From Ilumatobacteraceae bacterium (GTDB lineage: Bacteria > Actinomycetota > Acidimicrobiia > Acidimicrobiales > Ilumatobacteraceae), in contig JBIIAC010000001.1 of the NCBI GenBank assembly GCA_044240045.1, forward strand, positions 8,536 to 72,535: a stretch of DNA of 64,000 bases. The letters are read 5' to 3'. The first letter of the stretch is position 1, and every line of letters begins with the position of its first letter. The position numbers and the translations under genes are program-made. Positions 13,087 to 22,887 of this stretch are shown one piece after another. The notes under the pieces were generated by a model that saw only the letters and a list, made by a program, of their open reading frames with translations, was not told the DNA's origin and searched no databases.

Positions 13087-13584
13087 TTGAGCGAAGAACG
13101 AGAAATTATGACGTGGGAGTCCTTCGGAGTTGCGAGCCGCGAGCTTGCAGTGATGGTGGCAAAGAGTGGCTACGAACCCGACATCATTCTCGCAATTGCG
13201 CGTGGTGGTCTACTTGCAGCGGGTGCCCTCGGTTACGCGCTTTCGGTTAAAAATACCTACACGATGAATGTCGAGTTTTATACCGGTGTTAATGAGCGTC
13301 TTGCGGTGCCGATGATCCTTCCTCCCGTGCCAAGCCTGGTTGATCTGAAAGATTCAAAAGTGTTGATTGTCGACGATGTGGCAGACACTGGTCATACGTT
13401 GAAGCACGTGCTCGAGTTTTGCCAGGGTCAGTTAGCTGATACTCGTCTTGCAGTGTTGTACGAGAAGTCACAATCGATCATCAAGTGTGACTACGTGTGG
13501 AAGCACACCGACCAGTGGATCAATTTCCCTTGGAGCGATAAAGATCCAGTGGCTCAGCGCAAGTGGAGCGTTAAGGACGCCTGA
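13087..13584 (+). CDS. Purine phosphoribosyltransferase (Gpt-like xanthine/guanine PRT)
   Basis: PRPP-binding loop VLIVDDVADTGHTL. Overall collinear with E. coli Gpt (TWE..., ARGGL..., W..FPW tail). Confidence 0.8.
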   Translation: MSEEREIMTWESFGVASRELAVMVAKSGYEPDIILAIARGGLLAAGALGYALSVKNTYTMNVEFYTGVNERLAVPMILPPVPSLVDLKDSKVLIVDDVADTGHTLKHVLEFCQGQLADTRLAVLYEKSQSIIKCDYVWKHTDQWINFPWSDKDPVAQRKWSVKDA

Positions 13585-13589
13585 TTCAA

Positions 13590-14747
13590 CTACCCCTGGT
13601 AGGTGATTGAAGAATCCAGGAATGTGTTGTCTGTTATATCGCCAGCAGTGATGTCAGCGATCTCGAGTCCTTGCTCCCGCAGAATTGGTGTTGCTTTCGC
13701 GATGAAGTCATTTACGCGTGTTTCTTCAAGGTCGCCAAATGTTGCAGTCTCACCGTTACCAACTATTCCAAGGTCCCTTTGTGATGCCGCTCCGTTTGTG
13801 ACGTCGCCTTCTGACTGGCTCCACCAGCTGTCATAAGTTTTTACAGTTGAGATGATGAGCGCATTTGCACGAACTGGATCGGCGATGTAGTCAATTTGGG
13901 CCTGTTGCAATACAGGTACAAACTTTTCAAGACATGGGCGCAGCTCTTCGAGTCGATCTTTACGAATTGCGAAGTTCTGTGCGTATGAGTTCCAACCCGC
14001 ATCATGAATGAGTTGGTAGCCAGTTGTAATTGATCCGGTTTCAAGGTTTGCATATTTGTACGGCTCAGAAGTTACAAAGCCTTGGTGGCCGGCATCATCT
14101 GTGGCGAGTAACAAGTTGCCTTTGTAGTTGGAGTCAACTTGCCCCTCGTCGACGAGTCCCTGCGCAATGAAGTAACGCATCCAAGATGGTTCTCCATATA
14201 CGTAGAACGACTTAACAGTTTTCGCTGCCTCGGCAATGGTTTTTGCTTCTGGATGCTTGGACGCATCCCACAACAAAACCTGAGGGTTGATGTTCAATGC
14301 ATTGAACACGGCAAGTGTCGGTGCGTCGTTGTAACGAGTGATGGCGACATCGGTTCCCACGTAGCCGAAGGTGATCGCATTGTCTTGATACATCTCTGTA
14401 ACAACAGGGGATTCTAGGAATGGACCACCAGCACGAATTTCGAGTTTGACACCTGCTGATTCTCCATTAACTACAAGTGATCCAGTTACTGCACCCGTAT
14501 CTTTTGAAGCAATCGCGTCATCGCCCATGAGTTGATAGATACCCCCATGCTCGGACTCAGGAAACCAGTCCGTCTGAACGACAATTGTTGCAGGACAAAC
14601 ATCGGCAAGCGATGTACCTGTAGCTGCTGCTGCTGCTGCAGCCGTTGTATCCGTAGATGCAGTTTCGCTGCTTCCACATGCACCAAGAAGTGAAAGTGAA
14701 ACACCTAGGGCGATTGCGCTACCAATTGTTGTATTGCGCTTGCTCAT
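13590..14747 (-). CDS. ABC transporter substrate-binding lipoprotein, NMT1/THI5 (ThiY/SsuA-like) family
   Basis: Signal peptide with lipobox LLGAC. Last gene of an ATPase-permease-SBP operon. Confidence 0.75.
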   Translation of the reverse strand: MSKRNTTIGSAIALGVSLSLLGACGSSETASTDTTAAAAAAATGTSLADVCPATIVVQTDWFPESEHGGIYQLMGDDAIASKDTGAVTGSLVVNGESAGVKLEIRAGGPFLESPVVTEMYQDNAITFGYVGTDVAITRYNDAPTLAVFNALNINPQVLLWDASKHPEAKTIAEAAKTVKSFYVYGEPSWMRYFIAQGLVDEGQVDSNYKGNLLLATDDAGHQGFVTSEPYKYANLETGSITTGYQLIHDAGWNSYAQNFAIRKDRLEELRPCLEKFVPVLQQAQIDYIADPVRANALIISTVKTYDSWWSQSEGDVTNGAASQRDLGIVGNGETATFGDLEETRVNDFIAKATPILREQGLEIADITAGDITDNTFLDSSITYQG

Positions 14748-14766
14748 ATTGATCTATTCTCCATTG

Positions 14767-15582
14767 TTATTGTGAAATTGAACCTTCGTACCATCTTCCA
14801 ACAACCAAGGTGTTGAGTCGACCGAATGCGATAAAAAGCATAAGTCCCAAAAGAGTTGCAGCCAACGCTGTGACAAACATCGGGCCTGCTTGGTTGTTTA
14901 AGAAAAATTGTGTGATGAGCTTGCCGAGACCGGGGTCACCTTTGGCAAAGAAAAAGTCGCCAACAATGGCACCTATGACCGCAAGGCCCGCCGAAATACG
15001 CAAACCACTGAAAATTGCTGGACTCGCTGCTGGTAACTGCAGTTTGAGTAGGCGAGTGGCTCGACTCGATTTATGCAGCGTAAACAAATCGTGCATATTT
15101 TTTGGCGTGGATTGAATGCCAAACAATGTGTTTGAAACAATGGGGAAGAGCGAGATGATTACAGTGACGAGAACTCTTGCTGCAAAATTTGAACCAACCA
15201 GTTTGATCATGAGTGGAACGATCGCGATGATTGGCGTGACTTGCAGTGCGATGAGGTAGGGCCAAAGCGAGCGCTCAAGCCACTTGGCCTGTGCCATCAG
15301 AACACCGGCTATGAGACCTATGCAAATTGAAAGAGTTAAACCCACGAGTGATGTCTTCAGTGAAATCCAAAAAGCTATGACAATTTTCGTGCGCACAATT
15401 CCATGTATGTCCTCAAATAGTCGATGAGGTGGGGGAATGATCATTGGCGCGTTGGACGCAGGGGAAAAATTGTTATCGAGGCCGTAAGCGAGGGCATACC
15501 AAGCAAGCAAGAACAGCACAAACACAATGGCTGGTCCGAAATATCGAGTGATGATTTTCTGGAGTCGATTTTCGATACTCAT
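14767..15582 (-). CDS. ABC transporter permease (nitrate/sulfonate/taurine-type, BPD_transp_1)
   Basis: Multi-TM protein with an EAA-like loop. The ATG at 15582 overlaps the ATPase TGA (ATGA). Confidence 0.85.
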   Translation of the reverse strand: MSIENRLQKIITRYFGPAIVFVLFLLAWYALAYGLDNNFSPASNAPMIIPPPHRLFEDIHGIVRTKIVIAFWISLKTSLVGLTLSICIGLIAGVLMAQAKWLERSLWPYLIALQVTPIIAIVPLMIKLVGSNFAARVLVTVIISLFPIVSNTLFGIQSTPKNMHDLFTLHKSSRATRLLKLQLPAASPAIFSGLRISAGLAVIGAIVGDFFFAKGDPGLGKLITQFFLNNQAGPMFVTALAATLLGLMLFIAFGRLNTLVVGRWYEGSISQ

Positions 15583-16355
15583 ACCGTATGAATCTCTCTC
15601 ATCAGCGCTGCGATCTGCCCACAGCACTGAGCGAACTCGGCGCTGTAGCGAAGCGCAGGGGTGCGCGGATACTCGAAAGGGATCTGAATTTCATGGGCGA
15701 TAGTTCCGGGTCGTGGCGACATGATGATGACTCGTTGTGACAAATAGACGGCTTCAGTTATGGAGTGCGTCACAAAAACCGCTGAAAATTTTGAATTCGC
15801 GAACATGAGCAGCAGATCGTCATTCAGCGCCTCACGGGTAAATTCATCCACAGCAGCGAATGGTTCGTCCAGCAACAGCAAACTGGGATCGGTGACTAAT
15901 GTGCGAGCTAGGGAAGCTCGCATTTTCATGCCGCCAGAAAGTTGTCGTGGATACTTGTGGCCGCTGTCATGCAACCCAACAGATTCGAGCGCAATCTGCA
16001 CCTTGGTTTGACGTTCGTTTGCGTTGACTCCACGCAGCTCGAGCAGCATCTCAATATTTTTTAGTGTCGATCTCCAGGGCAGCAATGTGGGATCTTGAAA
16101 AACGAAACCGATGTCGTTGGTGGTGGATGTCAGGGTGCCACTTGTTGGTTGTTGAAGTCCGCTCAGCACGCGAAGAAGTGTTGACTTTCCACAGCCACTT
16201 GGTCCGACAAGTGCCACAAATTCATGTGAAGAAATTTGAAGCGAGACACCTCGCAATGCTTCGGTCGAGTCGGGGAACGACAAGCAGACATCATCAGCAG
16301 AGATCAAATAAGACCCCGAGCGATGAACGATTGGGTTAGGCGTGGTGGAGTTCAC
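15579..16355 (-). CDS. ABC transporter ATP-binding protein (SsuB/TauB-like)
   Basis: Walker A GPSGCGKST, signature LSGGMKMR, and Walker B LLLDEPF. Confidence 0.92.
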   Translation of the reverse strand: MNSTTPNPIVHRSGSYLISADDVCLSFPDSTEALRGVSLQISSHEFVALVGPSGCGKSTLLRVLSGLQQPTSGTLTSTTNDIGFVFQDPTLLPWRSTLKNIEMLLELRGVNANERQTKVQIALESVGLHDSGHKYPRQLSGGMKMRASLARTLVTDPSLLLLDEPFAAVDEFTREALNDDLLLMFANSKFSAVFVTHSITEAVYLSQRVIIMSPRPGTIAHEIQIPFEYPRTPALRYSAEFAQCCGQIAALMREIHTV

Positions 16356-16417
16356 CGAAGCGTCGGCTGAGCCGCATCCTCGTAGGGGTCACATAAATAA
16401 TCTAATAGTGCCAACCA

Positions 16418-17182
16418 TCAGATCGGTGAATGCCAGAGTCCTTTATCCTGCAGAATCTGCTTCAAGACAAGAGGCTTATCGGTCATTATTCCGTCAACAC
16501 CGAGTCCCAGTAGGTGCTCCATTTCGTCCGGTTCATCGATGGTCCACACATGAACCTGCAAGCCAGCGCTGTGGGCGTCATCAACAAGACGTTTATCGGT
16601 GAGCGTTATCGGGCCTTGCTTGAGTGGTATTTGCGCAGCAAGAGCGCCATCGAATGGTTTGACCACTCCAATCCAACTCCGCACACGGAGTAGGGCTACT
16701 TGTTTTGGACCAAGTGAAGAACAGAGCGAAGAACCGAAGGTCTCGCGAAGTGTTGAAAGCCGCTTATCGCTGAATGAACCCACACATACTTTGTCGAGAA
16801 CATGGGGTGCTCGTAAAGAATCAATCAATGGCTGAAGTGCGGCGTCTGATTTGCAGTCGATGTTGATGCGCGCCTGAGGCCATGCGTCGAAAATGTCTTG
16901 AAGTAGAGGAATGTGCTCAGTGCCGTTGACTTTGGCCTTACGTACTTCGGAATAATCGAGTTCACTAATTTTTCCCGCAACACCACATGTTCGTAAGAGA
17001 TCATCGTCATGGAATGCGAGCAGCACACCATCCCGAGTGGCATGCACATCTGTTTCTAGGTATGTGTAGCCGAGTTCTATCGCTCTGGCAAAAGCCGGCA
17101 TCGTGTTTTCGGGTGCGTCACTCGCGCCGCCGCGATGTGCGAATGCGATCGGGAGTCGGGTTTCAAGAAATGGATGTGGCAC
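16418..17182 (-). CDS. Glycerophosphodiester phosphodiesterase
   Basis: FAHRGGASDAPENTMPAF and ETDVHATRDG motifs. Confidence 0.88.
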   Translation of the reverse strand: MPHPFLETRLPIAFAHRGGASDAPENTMPAFARAIELGYTYLETDVHATRDGVLLAFHDDDLLRTCGVAGKISELDYSEVRKAKVNGTEHIPLLQDIFDAWPQARINIDCKSDAALQPLIDSLRAPHVLDKVCVGSFSDKRLSTLRETFGSSLCSSLGPKQVALLRVRSWIGVVKPFDGALAAQIPLKQGPITLTDKRLVDDAHSAGLQVHVWTIDEPDEMEHLLGLGVDGIMTDKPLVLKQILQDKGLWHSPI

Positions 17183-17191
17183 AAGTGTTCT

Positions 17192-18751
17192 TTAAATACT
17201 TCGACCAGCGGCAGCCCAGTATTCGTCCTTCAATAGACGCTTATACAATTTGCCTGTCGGATGACGCGGAAGCTCGGTTCGGAAATCAACCGATTTTGGA
17301 CATTTGAATGAGGCGAGTGACGCTTTGCAATGCTCGATAAGAATCCGTTCGAGCTTTTTGGCATCCTCGGGTGTCGCGGGCATCACTGTTGGTTGTACAA
17401 CCGCTTTCACTTCTTCGCCGAATTCTTCATTTGGAATTCCAAAAACGGCAACATCAATCACATCTGGGTGTGAAACAAGAGTGTTCTCTGCCTCTTGTGG
17501 ATAGATGTTGACTCCTCCCGCAATGATCATGAATGCTTTGCGATCGGTCAGATATAAATATTGCTCATCATCCAGGTATCCGATATCGCCAAGTGTTGAC
17601 CATCCTCGACCAAGCGAGTCTTTCGAGGCTTGAGTCTTCTCTGGATCATTGTGGTATTCAAATTTGGCTGAACTCTCGAAGTAGATAGTTCCTGTTTGAC
17701 CAATCTCCAATTCTGTCCCATCGTCGTCGAGGATATGAATTACTCCCTGGAGCGATTGACCAACAGTGCCGGGGTGGGCAAGCCATTGTTCGGAATTGCA
17801 GTAAACGAAACCGTTGCCCTCACTGCCTGCGTAATACTCGTGAACAATCGGTCCAAGCCACTCAATTGTTTGTTGCTTGATATCGACCGGGCACGGAGCG
17901 GCGGCGTGAAAGATGTGCGTCAGCGAAGCGGTGTTGTAGCGAGTTCGAACTTCTGTCGGAAGTTTGAGTAGTCGAACGAACATTGTGGGAACAGTTTGCG
18001 AATGCGTCACCTTGTATTGCTCAATGAGTTGCAAATACTCCTCGGCATCAAAGTGTTCCATGATGATCGTTGTTCCGCCAACTCTGTGTACGGCAAGGTT
18101 CCATCGAAGCGGTGCTGCGTGATAGAGCGGTGCTGGAGAAAGATAGATGGTGCCTTCATCCATCGCAAACAAGAATTGTCCGAGTGACGTAACGCCGTTT
18201 GGTGAACCGAGAGGGTTTTTCCCAAGGTTGAGTGCGACGCCTTTCGGGCGACCAGTTGTACCACTCGAATACAACATGTCGGAACCGTCCAGTCGATCCT
18301 CAAGTGGAAGTGGCGATTGTCGAGCAACAATTTCTTCATAACTGTCGTATTTGTTGATCACCCCGTCCAACATGAGACGAAGTTCAACGTTTGGAATCAA
18401 TTCTGAAATCTCTTCTGCCTGATCTGCTTTGTACTTGCTCGTGATAAATGCTTTAGCGCTGCAGTCATTGATGATGTACGTCAACTCGTCAGAGGTGAGT
18501 CGGCTTGAACACGCTGTATAGATCAGCCCCGCATAGTGACAACCCCAAATGACTTCGAAGTACCTGGGATGATTTTCGAGGCATATTGCAATGTGGTCAC
18601 CTGGGCGTAAACCATGTTGAAAAAGCAATTGGCTGAGACGATTTGCGGCTTCATCAAGTTCCCTATACGTGATGACCTGGGAAGTCGAAGCCATGATGAT
18701 GGCTGGCTTGTCGGGAGTGATGGCTGCGATTTGACCAGGAAACATAGCCAA
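17192..18751 (-). CDS. Acyl-CoA synthetase (AMP-forming, FadD-like)
   Basis: AMP-binding motif YSSGTTGRPKG, plus GDIGYLDDEQYLYLTDRK and the C-terminal PRHPTGKLYKR. Confidence 0.9.
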   Translation of the reverse strand: MAMFPGQIAAITPDKPAIIMASTSQVITYRELDEAANRLSQLLFQHGLRPGDHIAICLENHPRYFEVIWGCHYAGLIYTACSSRLTSDELTYIINDCSAKAFITSKYKADQAEEISELIPNVELRLMLDGVINKYDSYEEIVARQSPLPLEDRLDGSDMLYSSGTTGRPKGVALNLGKNPLGSPNGVTSLGQFLFAMDEGTIYLSPAPLYHAAPLRWNLAVHRVGGTTIIMEHFDAEEYLQLIEQYKVTHSQTVPTMFVRLLKLPTEVRTRYNTASLTHIFHAAAPCPVDIKQQTIEWLGPIVHEYYAGSEGNGFVYCNSEQWLAHPGTVGQSLQGVIHILDDDGTELEIGQTGTIYFESSAKFEYHNDPEKTQASKDSLGRGWSTLGDIGYLDDEQYLYLTDRKAFMIIAGGVNIYPQEAENTLVSHPDVIDVAVFGIPNEEFGEEVKAVVQPTVMPATPEDAKKLERILIEHCKASLASFKCPKSVDFRTELPRHPTGKLYKRLLKDEYWAAAGRSI

Positions 18752-18882
18752 AAGTTAGCCCAAATTTTGAAGCATCAAGTAATTCTGGATGGAGAATCAA
18801 CTAGGCCAATACTGCGTAAAGTACTTTGGGTTACTAGATTTGATTTGCACTAAAAATTTTTGAATAGGGGAGAATTCGGCAT
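18752..18882. promoter_or_regulatory. Divergent promoter region between the acyl-CoA synthetase and acyl-CoA dehydrogenase genes
   Basis: 131-nt AT-rich spacer between divergently oriented fatty-acid genes, so it must carry both promoters. It contains the short inverted repeat attct-ggatgg-agaat. No confident -10/-35 assignment. Confidence 0.35.
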
Positions 18883-20088
18883 ATGTCGACAGAACAGATG
18901 CAGACGTCGCTGGACGAGCAGATCATTAATGACGCGATCACTGGATTGATTGAAGCGTTTCCGCCCAGCAAGACAAAACCAGTTGTTTTTTTGGGAGAGC
19001 AATTTGACCGTGGTCTCGCGTGGGTGCACTTTCCTGTTGGTTCAGGAGGACTTGGCTTGTCGCCTAAGCACCAAAAAATTGTGAGTGAGAGATTGTCTGC
19101 GGCTGGTGGCCCGAACGCCTATGCGCGTAACCCGATCGGATATGGAATGTGCGGACCAACCGTTGTTGAGTGGGGAACACCAGAACAATGCAAAAAATAT
19201 TTGCGTCCACTTTTTACTGGTGAGGAAATTTGGTGTCAGTTGTTTTCTGAGCCAGGTTCTGGGTCGGATTTTGCTGGGTTGTCGGCGAAGGCAATTAAAG
19301 ATGGAGACGAATGGTTGGTCAATGGTCAAAAGGTCTGGACCACATTGGCCCATCTTTCAAAGTGGGGATTACTTGTAGTACGCACGGATCCAGATGCAGT
19401 AAAGCATGCTGGAATGACGGCAGTCGTAGTTGACATGCAGGCACCTGGGGTTGAAGTTCGGCCGTTGCGACAGATGACTGGTGAAGCCGAATTCAACGAG
19501 GTGTATTTCACTGATGTTCGGGTTCCAGTCTCGGAGACACTCGGTGGACCTGGAGATGGGTGGCGCGTGAGTTTGACGACGCTGATGAATGAGCGAGTTG
19601 CAATTGGTGGAGCGATTCCCCCTAGGGCATCTGGCCCAATCCGCGAGGCAATAAAGATTTGGGAAAAGATGCCAACTGAGCAGAAAGATGCTGCCACTCG
19701 CGACAAGTTAACTCAATTGTGGATTCGGGCTGAAGTGCTTCGACTTACCAACATCCGAGCGGGACAGAATCGAAAACTTGGTGTTCCGGGTCCAGAGGGT
19801 TCAATTGGCAAGATGGCCAGTGCTGATCTCAACAAACAGACTTATGAATTTTGCATCGAGCTAATGGGCGCGCATGGCATGTTGTATGGAAGCTACGCAA
19901 TGGTTCGTCCGGAGACAGCAATGAGTTTTGACTCTGTGCCCAAAGCGTTCTTGCGTGCTCGCGCCAACAGCATTGAAGGTGGCACAAGCGAAGTCATGAA
20001 AAACATTCTTGGTGAGCGAATGCTTGGACTTCCAGGTGACGTACGCGTTGATCGTGAAATTGCTTGGAGTAAAGTGCCTCGAAATTAA
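18883..20088 (+). CDS. Acyl-CoA dehydrogenase
   Basis: WCQLFSEPGSGSD, and GGTSEVMKNILGERMLGLP at the C-terminus. Confidence 0.9.
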   Translation: MSTEQMQTSLDEQIINDAITGLIEAFPPSKTKPVVFLGEQFDRGLAWVHFPVGSGGLGLSPKHQKIVSERLSAAGGPNAYARNPIGYGMCGPTVVEWGTPEQCKKYLRPLFTGEEIWCQLFSEPGSGSDFAGLSAKAIKDGDEWLVNGQKVWTTLAHLSKWGLLVVRTDPDAVKHAGMTAVVVDMQAPGVEVRPLRQMTGEAEFNEVYFTDVRVPVSETLGGPGDGWRVSLTTLMNERVAIGGAIPPRASGPIREAIKIWEKMPTEQKDAATRDKLTQLWIRAEVLRLTNIRAGQNRKLGVPGPEGSIGKMASADLNKQTYEFCIELMGAHGMLYGSYAMVRPETAMSFDSVPKAFLRARANSIEGGTSEVMKNILGERMLGLPGDVRVDREIAWSKVPRN

Positions 20089-20105
20089 GGCAAAGAGTCT
20101 TGAAA

Positions 20106-21164
20106 CTAGTTCGTGAGTTTCTGCAAAACGGTGCTGGCGCTGACTGAGCGATCGTCCAAGTGCTGAGCGCCTAAAAAATTTCCACCGATCATTACGGTAG
20201 AAGCCTGCTCGATTGCATGTTGTAGTTGACGAATATTTCGTGGTGGCGGAAAGTACTCATCTTCGGTTGTGAGCCGAACTTCTTCCACTCCTAGTCGCGG
20301 AGCGAGTCGGTTGACCACTGCCATGACCAACTCTTCGGGCGCAGATGCTCCGGCAGTAACTCCGACGGTGCCTGAAATATTGTCAGGAATTTCTTCCGCA
20401 GAGTTAATGCGTAGAACGGTTTTACAATTCATAGAACGAGCAAGTTTTTCTAGTGCAAGAGTGTTCGATGAATTCGATGAGCCGATGATTATGACTGCAT
20501 CACAATCTTCAACTATTTGCATTAGGGCAGTCTGACGGTTAGTCGTTGCAAAACACAGGTCACTTTTTCCAGGTTGCCAAACTTGAGGGAAGCGCACTTT
20601 GACGGCTTGCGCTACCTCTTGCCAATCGCGATGAGACAAAGTGGTCTGTGCAAGTAGAGCGAGTGGTTCGTTTGTGTCAAGTAACGCCGCAACGTCTTCA
20701 ATTTTCTCAACACGTGTTGTCGCATGGGGAGCGACCGCCATGGTGCCGACAGCCTCTTCATGGCCCTCATGCCCGATGTAAATGATCTTGTATCCCTTGT
20801 TGGACCGAACACGAAGCTCGTGATGCACTTTTGTAACAAGAGGGCACACAGAATCAACGACGTAGCCTCCTCGAGCAATCGCATTGGCAACTACTTCTGG
20901 TGCGGAGCCGTGCGCAGACAACATAATTGGGCTTCCTGTAGGAATCGCATCGATATCGTCGACGAAGATGACGCCTTGTGCGATGAATCGATCAACGACA
21001 GACTTGTTGTGCACAATCTCGTGAAAGCAATACACAGGAGCGGGAAACGTGCGAACCATCCAAGAAAGAGCTTTAATAGCCATCTCAACACCAGCACAGA
21101 AGCCTCGAGGGGCAGCAAGCAGCACTCGATCTACTTGCGATGTATTCGTTGCGCTCACAGTCAT
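20106..21164 (-). CDS. ispH: 4-hydroxy-3-methylbut-2-enyl diphosphate reductase
   Basis: GFCAGVEMAI, HEIVHN and IIIGSSNSSNT motifs. Confidence 0.93.
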   Translation of the reverse strand: MTVSATNTSQVDRVLLAAPRGFCAGVEMAIKALSWMVRTFPAPVYCFHEIVHNKSVVDRFIAQGVIFVDDIDAIPTGSPIMLSAHGSAPEVVANAIARGGYVVDSVCPLVTKVHHELRVRSNKGYKIIYIGHEGHEEAVGTMAVAPHATTRVEKIEDVAALLDTNEPLALLAQTTLSHRDWQEVAQAVKVRFPQVWQPGKSDLCFATTNRQTALMQIVEDCDAVIIIGSSNSSNTLALEKLARSMNCKTVLRINSAEEIPDNISGTVGVTAGASAPEELVMAVVNRLAPRLGVEEVRLTTEDEYFPPPRNIRQLQHAIEQASTVMIGGNFLGAQHLDDRSVSASTVLQKLTN

Positions 21165-21211
21165 ACTTTAGTGCTCATCGTTCTCACGTAAACCGCTTGT
21201 AGAATGCATAC

Positions 21212-22531
21212 GTGACTGAACGATTGCCTACCGTTGTAATCGTCGGACGACCTAATGTGGGTAAGAGCACTTTGTTCAATAGGTTCTTGGGCGCGCAGGT
21301 TGCGATTGTCGAGGATCAACCAGGTATTACCCGCGACCGATTTGAGAGAGATGTCGAGTGGATTGGCAAAAAGTTCAGTGTGGTTGATACCGGCGGTTGG
21401 ATGCCTGGCGGCTCTGAGTTAGATACCAAAGTCAGTCGTCAAGTGGAAGAGGCTGCAAGAGCTGCGGATCTCGTGCTTTTTGTGGTGGACACTTGGGTTG
21501 GAGTAACTCACGACGATGAGTTGATCGCGCAATGGTTGCGCAAGGTTGATCGTCCAGTACTTGTTGTTTCGAACAAGATCGACTCTGAACGACGCGAATC
21601 CGATCGCTGGGATTTTCTGTCACTCGGCTTCGGAGAGCCAGTTGCAGTGTCTGCTTTGCACGGTCGCAAGTCTGGTGACTTGCTGGATGCAATTCTTGAA
21701 CGGGTTGAAGCGCTTGATTTGGAACCAGAGCCAGATCTTGGTGATGCCATTCGTGCGCCAGGTATTCCGCGCGTATCAATTGTCGGTCGGCCAAACGTCG
21801 GCAAGAGCACCCTTTTCAACAGATTGGTAGGCGAGGATCGCTCAATTACGCACGACATGCCTGGAACAACTCGAGATGCGATTGATACGCAGGTTGATAC
21901 TGAAGATGGACCAATGGTGTTTGTTGATACTGCCGGAATGCGTCGAAAAAGCAAAGTGGATGAATCGGCTGAGTATTACTCATTCGTTCGCGCGCTTCGT
22001 GCAGTCGACGAATCAGACGTTGCGCTCTTGGTAATTGATGCGCATGACGGCATTACGAGTCAGGATCAAAGACTTGCCGAACGTATCGATGCAGCTGGAT
22101 GTCCAGTAATCGTGATTCTCAATAAGTGGGAAACACTTGATGCTGAAGGTCGAGAGCACATTGACAACGAGATGACTCGCAAGCTGTATTTCATCGGTGA
22201 TGCTCCTGTACTTAAAGTCTCAGCACTCACTGGTAAAGGCGTTCACCGACTCTTGCCAATTTTACAAGAGTGCATCGTTCATTATCACAAGCGTGTTCCA
22301 ACTCGAGATGTCAACAAAGTGATGGCTGAAGCGCAACAAAAGCAACCAGCAGGTAGCGGTGCGCGTGTGCTTTATGCACTTCAAGGAGCGACTGATCCTC
22401 CGACATTCACTTTGTTTGTCAATCGCGAGTTGCCAGCACCGTATCTTCGTTATCTCGAACGATGCATCCGCGAAAAGTTTGAATTTGGTTCAACTCCGAT
22501 CAAGATGCGTGTTCGCAAACGCTCAGAGTAA
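21212..22531 (+). CDS. der: Ribosome-associated GTPase Der/EngA
   Basis: Two tandem G domains, each with GRPNVGKSTLFN, followed by a KH-like C-terminus. Confidence 0.93.
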   Translation: MTERLPTVVIVGRPNVGKSTLFNRFLGAQVAIVEDQPGITRDRFERDVEWIGKKFSVVDTGGWMPGGSELDTKVSRQVEEAARAADLVLFVVDTWVGVTHDDELIAQWLRKVDRPVLVVSNKIDSERRESDRWDFLSLGFGEPVAVSALHGRKSGDLLDAILERVEALDLEPEPDLGDAIRAPGIPRVSIVGRPNVGKSTLFNRLVGEDRSITHDMPGTTRDAIDTQVDTEDGPMVFVDTAGMRRKSKVDESAEYYSFVRALRAVDESDVALLVIDAHDGITSQDQRLAERIDAAGCPVIVILNKWETLDAEGREHIDNEMTRKLYFIGDAPVLKVSALTGKGVHRLLPILQECIVHYHKRVPTRDVNKVMAEAQQKQPAGSGARVLYALQGATDPPTFTLFVNRELPAPYLRYLERCIREKFEFGSTPIKMRVRKRSE

Positions 22532-22535
22532 ACAC

Positions 22536-22787
22536 ATGCCTTGGTGTGAAGAGTGTGCAAAGTATTTGGCGCCGAGCGCAATGTTGGTCGACGGATCCTG
22601 TCCCAAATGTTTGAAGCCCATTGCTGATGTAACCGTCAATGGTCAGCTGACTGCTAAAACACTCAATCTAAAAAAGCTTGCGCAGAGCTCGACAGATGAA
22701 GCTGTATCGGTGCCGTGGCATTTCAAACTACTTGTCGGCGCATTGGTCATGTATTTGTCATGGAGAGTTATAGATCTCTTTCGCTAG
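22536..22787 (+). CDS. Small membrane protein with N-terminal zinc ribbon (hypothetical)
   Basis: MPWCEECAKY...CPKC (CxxC-x16-CxxC) and a C-terminal TM segment WHFKLLVGALVMYLSW. The ATG lies 5 nt after the der stop; the longer track ORF would overlap der. Confidence 0.55.
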   Translation: MPWCEECAKYLAPSAMLVDGSCPKCLKPIADVTVNGQLTAKTLNLKKLAQSSTDEAVSVPWHFKLLVGALVMYLSWRVIDLFR

Positions 22788-22804
22788 GGTTATTGGTCGA
22801 GATG

Positions 22805-22879
22805 CGGGCTGTAGCGCAGCTTGGTTAGCGTGCTTGTCTGGGGGACAAGAGGTCGCGGGTTCAAATCCCGCCAGCCCGA
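22805..22879 (+). tRNA. tRNA-Pro (anticodon GGG)
   Basis: Acceptor stem CGGGCTG/CAGCCCG, D-arm GCGCAGCTTGGTTAGCG, anticodon arm CTTGT-CTGGGGG-ACAAG, and T-arm GCGGGTTCAAATCCCGC. CCA is not encoded. Confidence 0.9.
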
Positions 22880-22887
22880 CGTTGTTT

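Noticed and set aside
16356-16417. Possible TPP or other riboswitch upstream of the ABC importer operon
   Set aside because: The spacer is only 62 nt and has no recognisable conserved riboswitch core on either strand.
22805-22879. tRNA-Pro as an integration hotspot for a genomic island
   Set aside because: I saw no integrase, no direct repeat of the tRNA 3' end, and no compositional shift in the flanking EamA/DUF554 genes.
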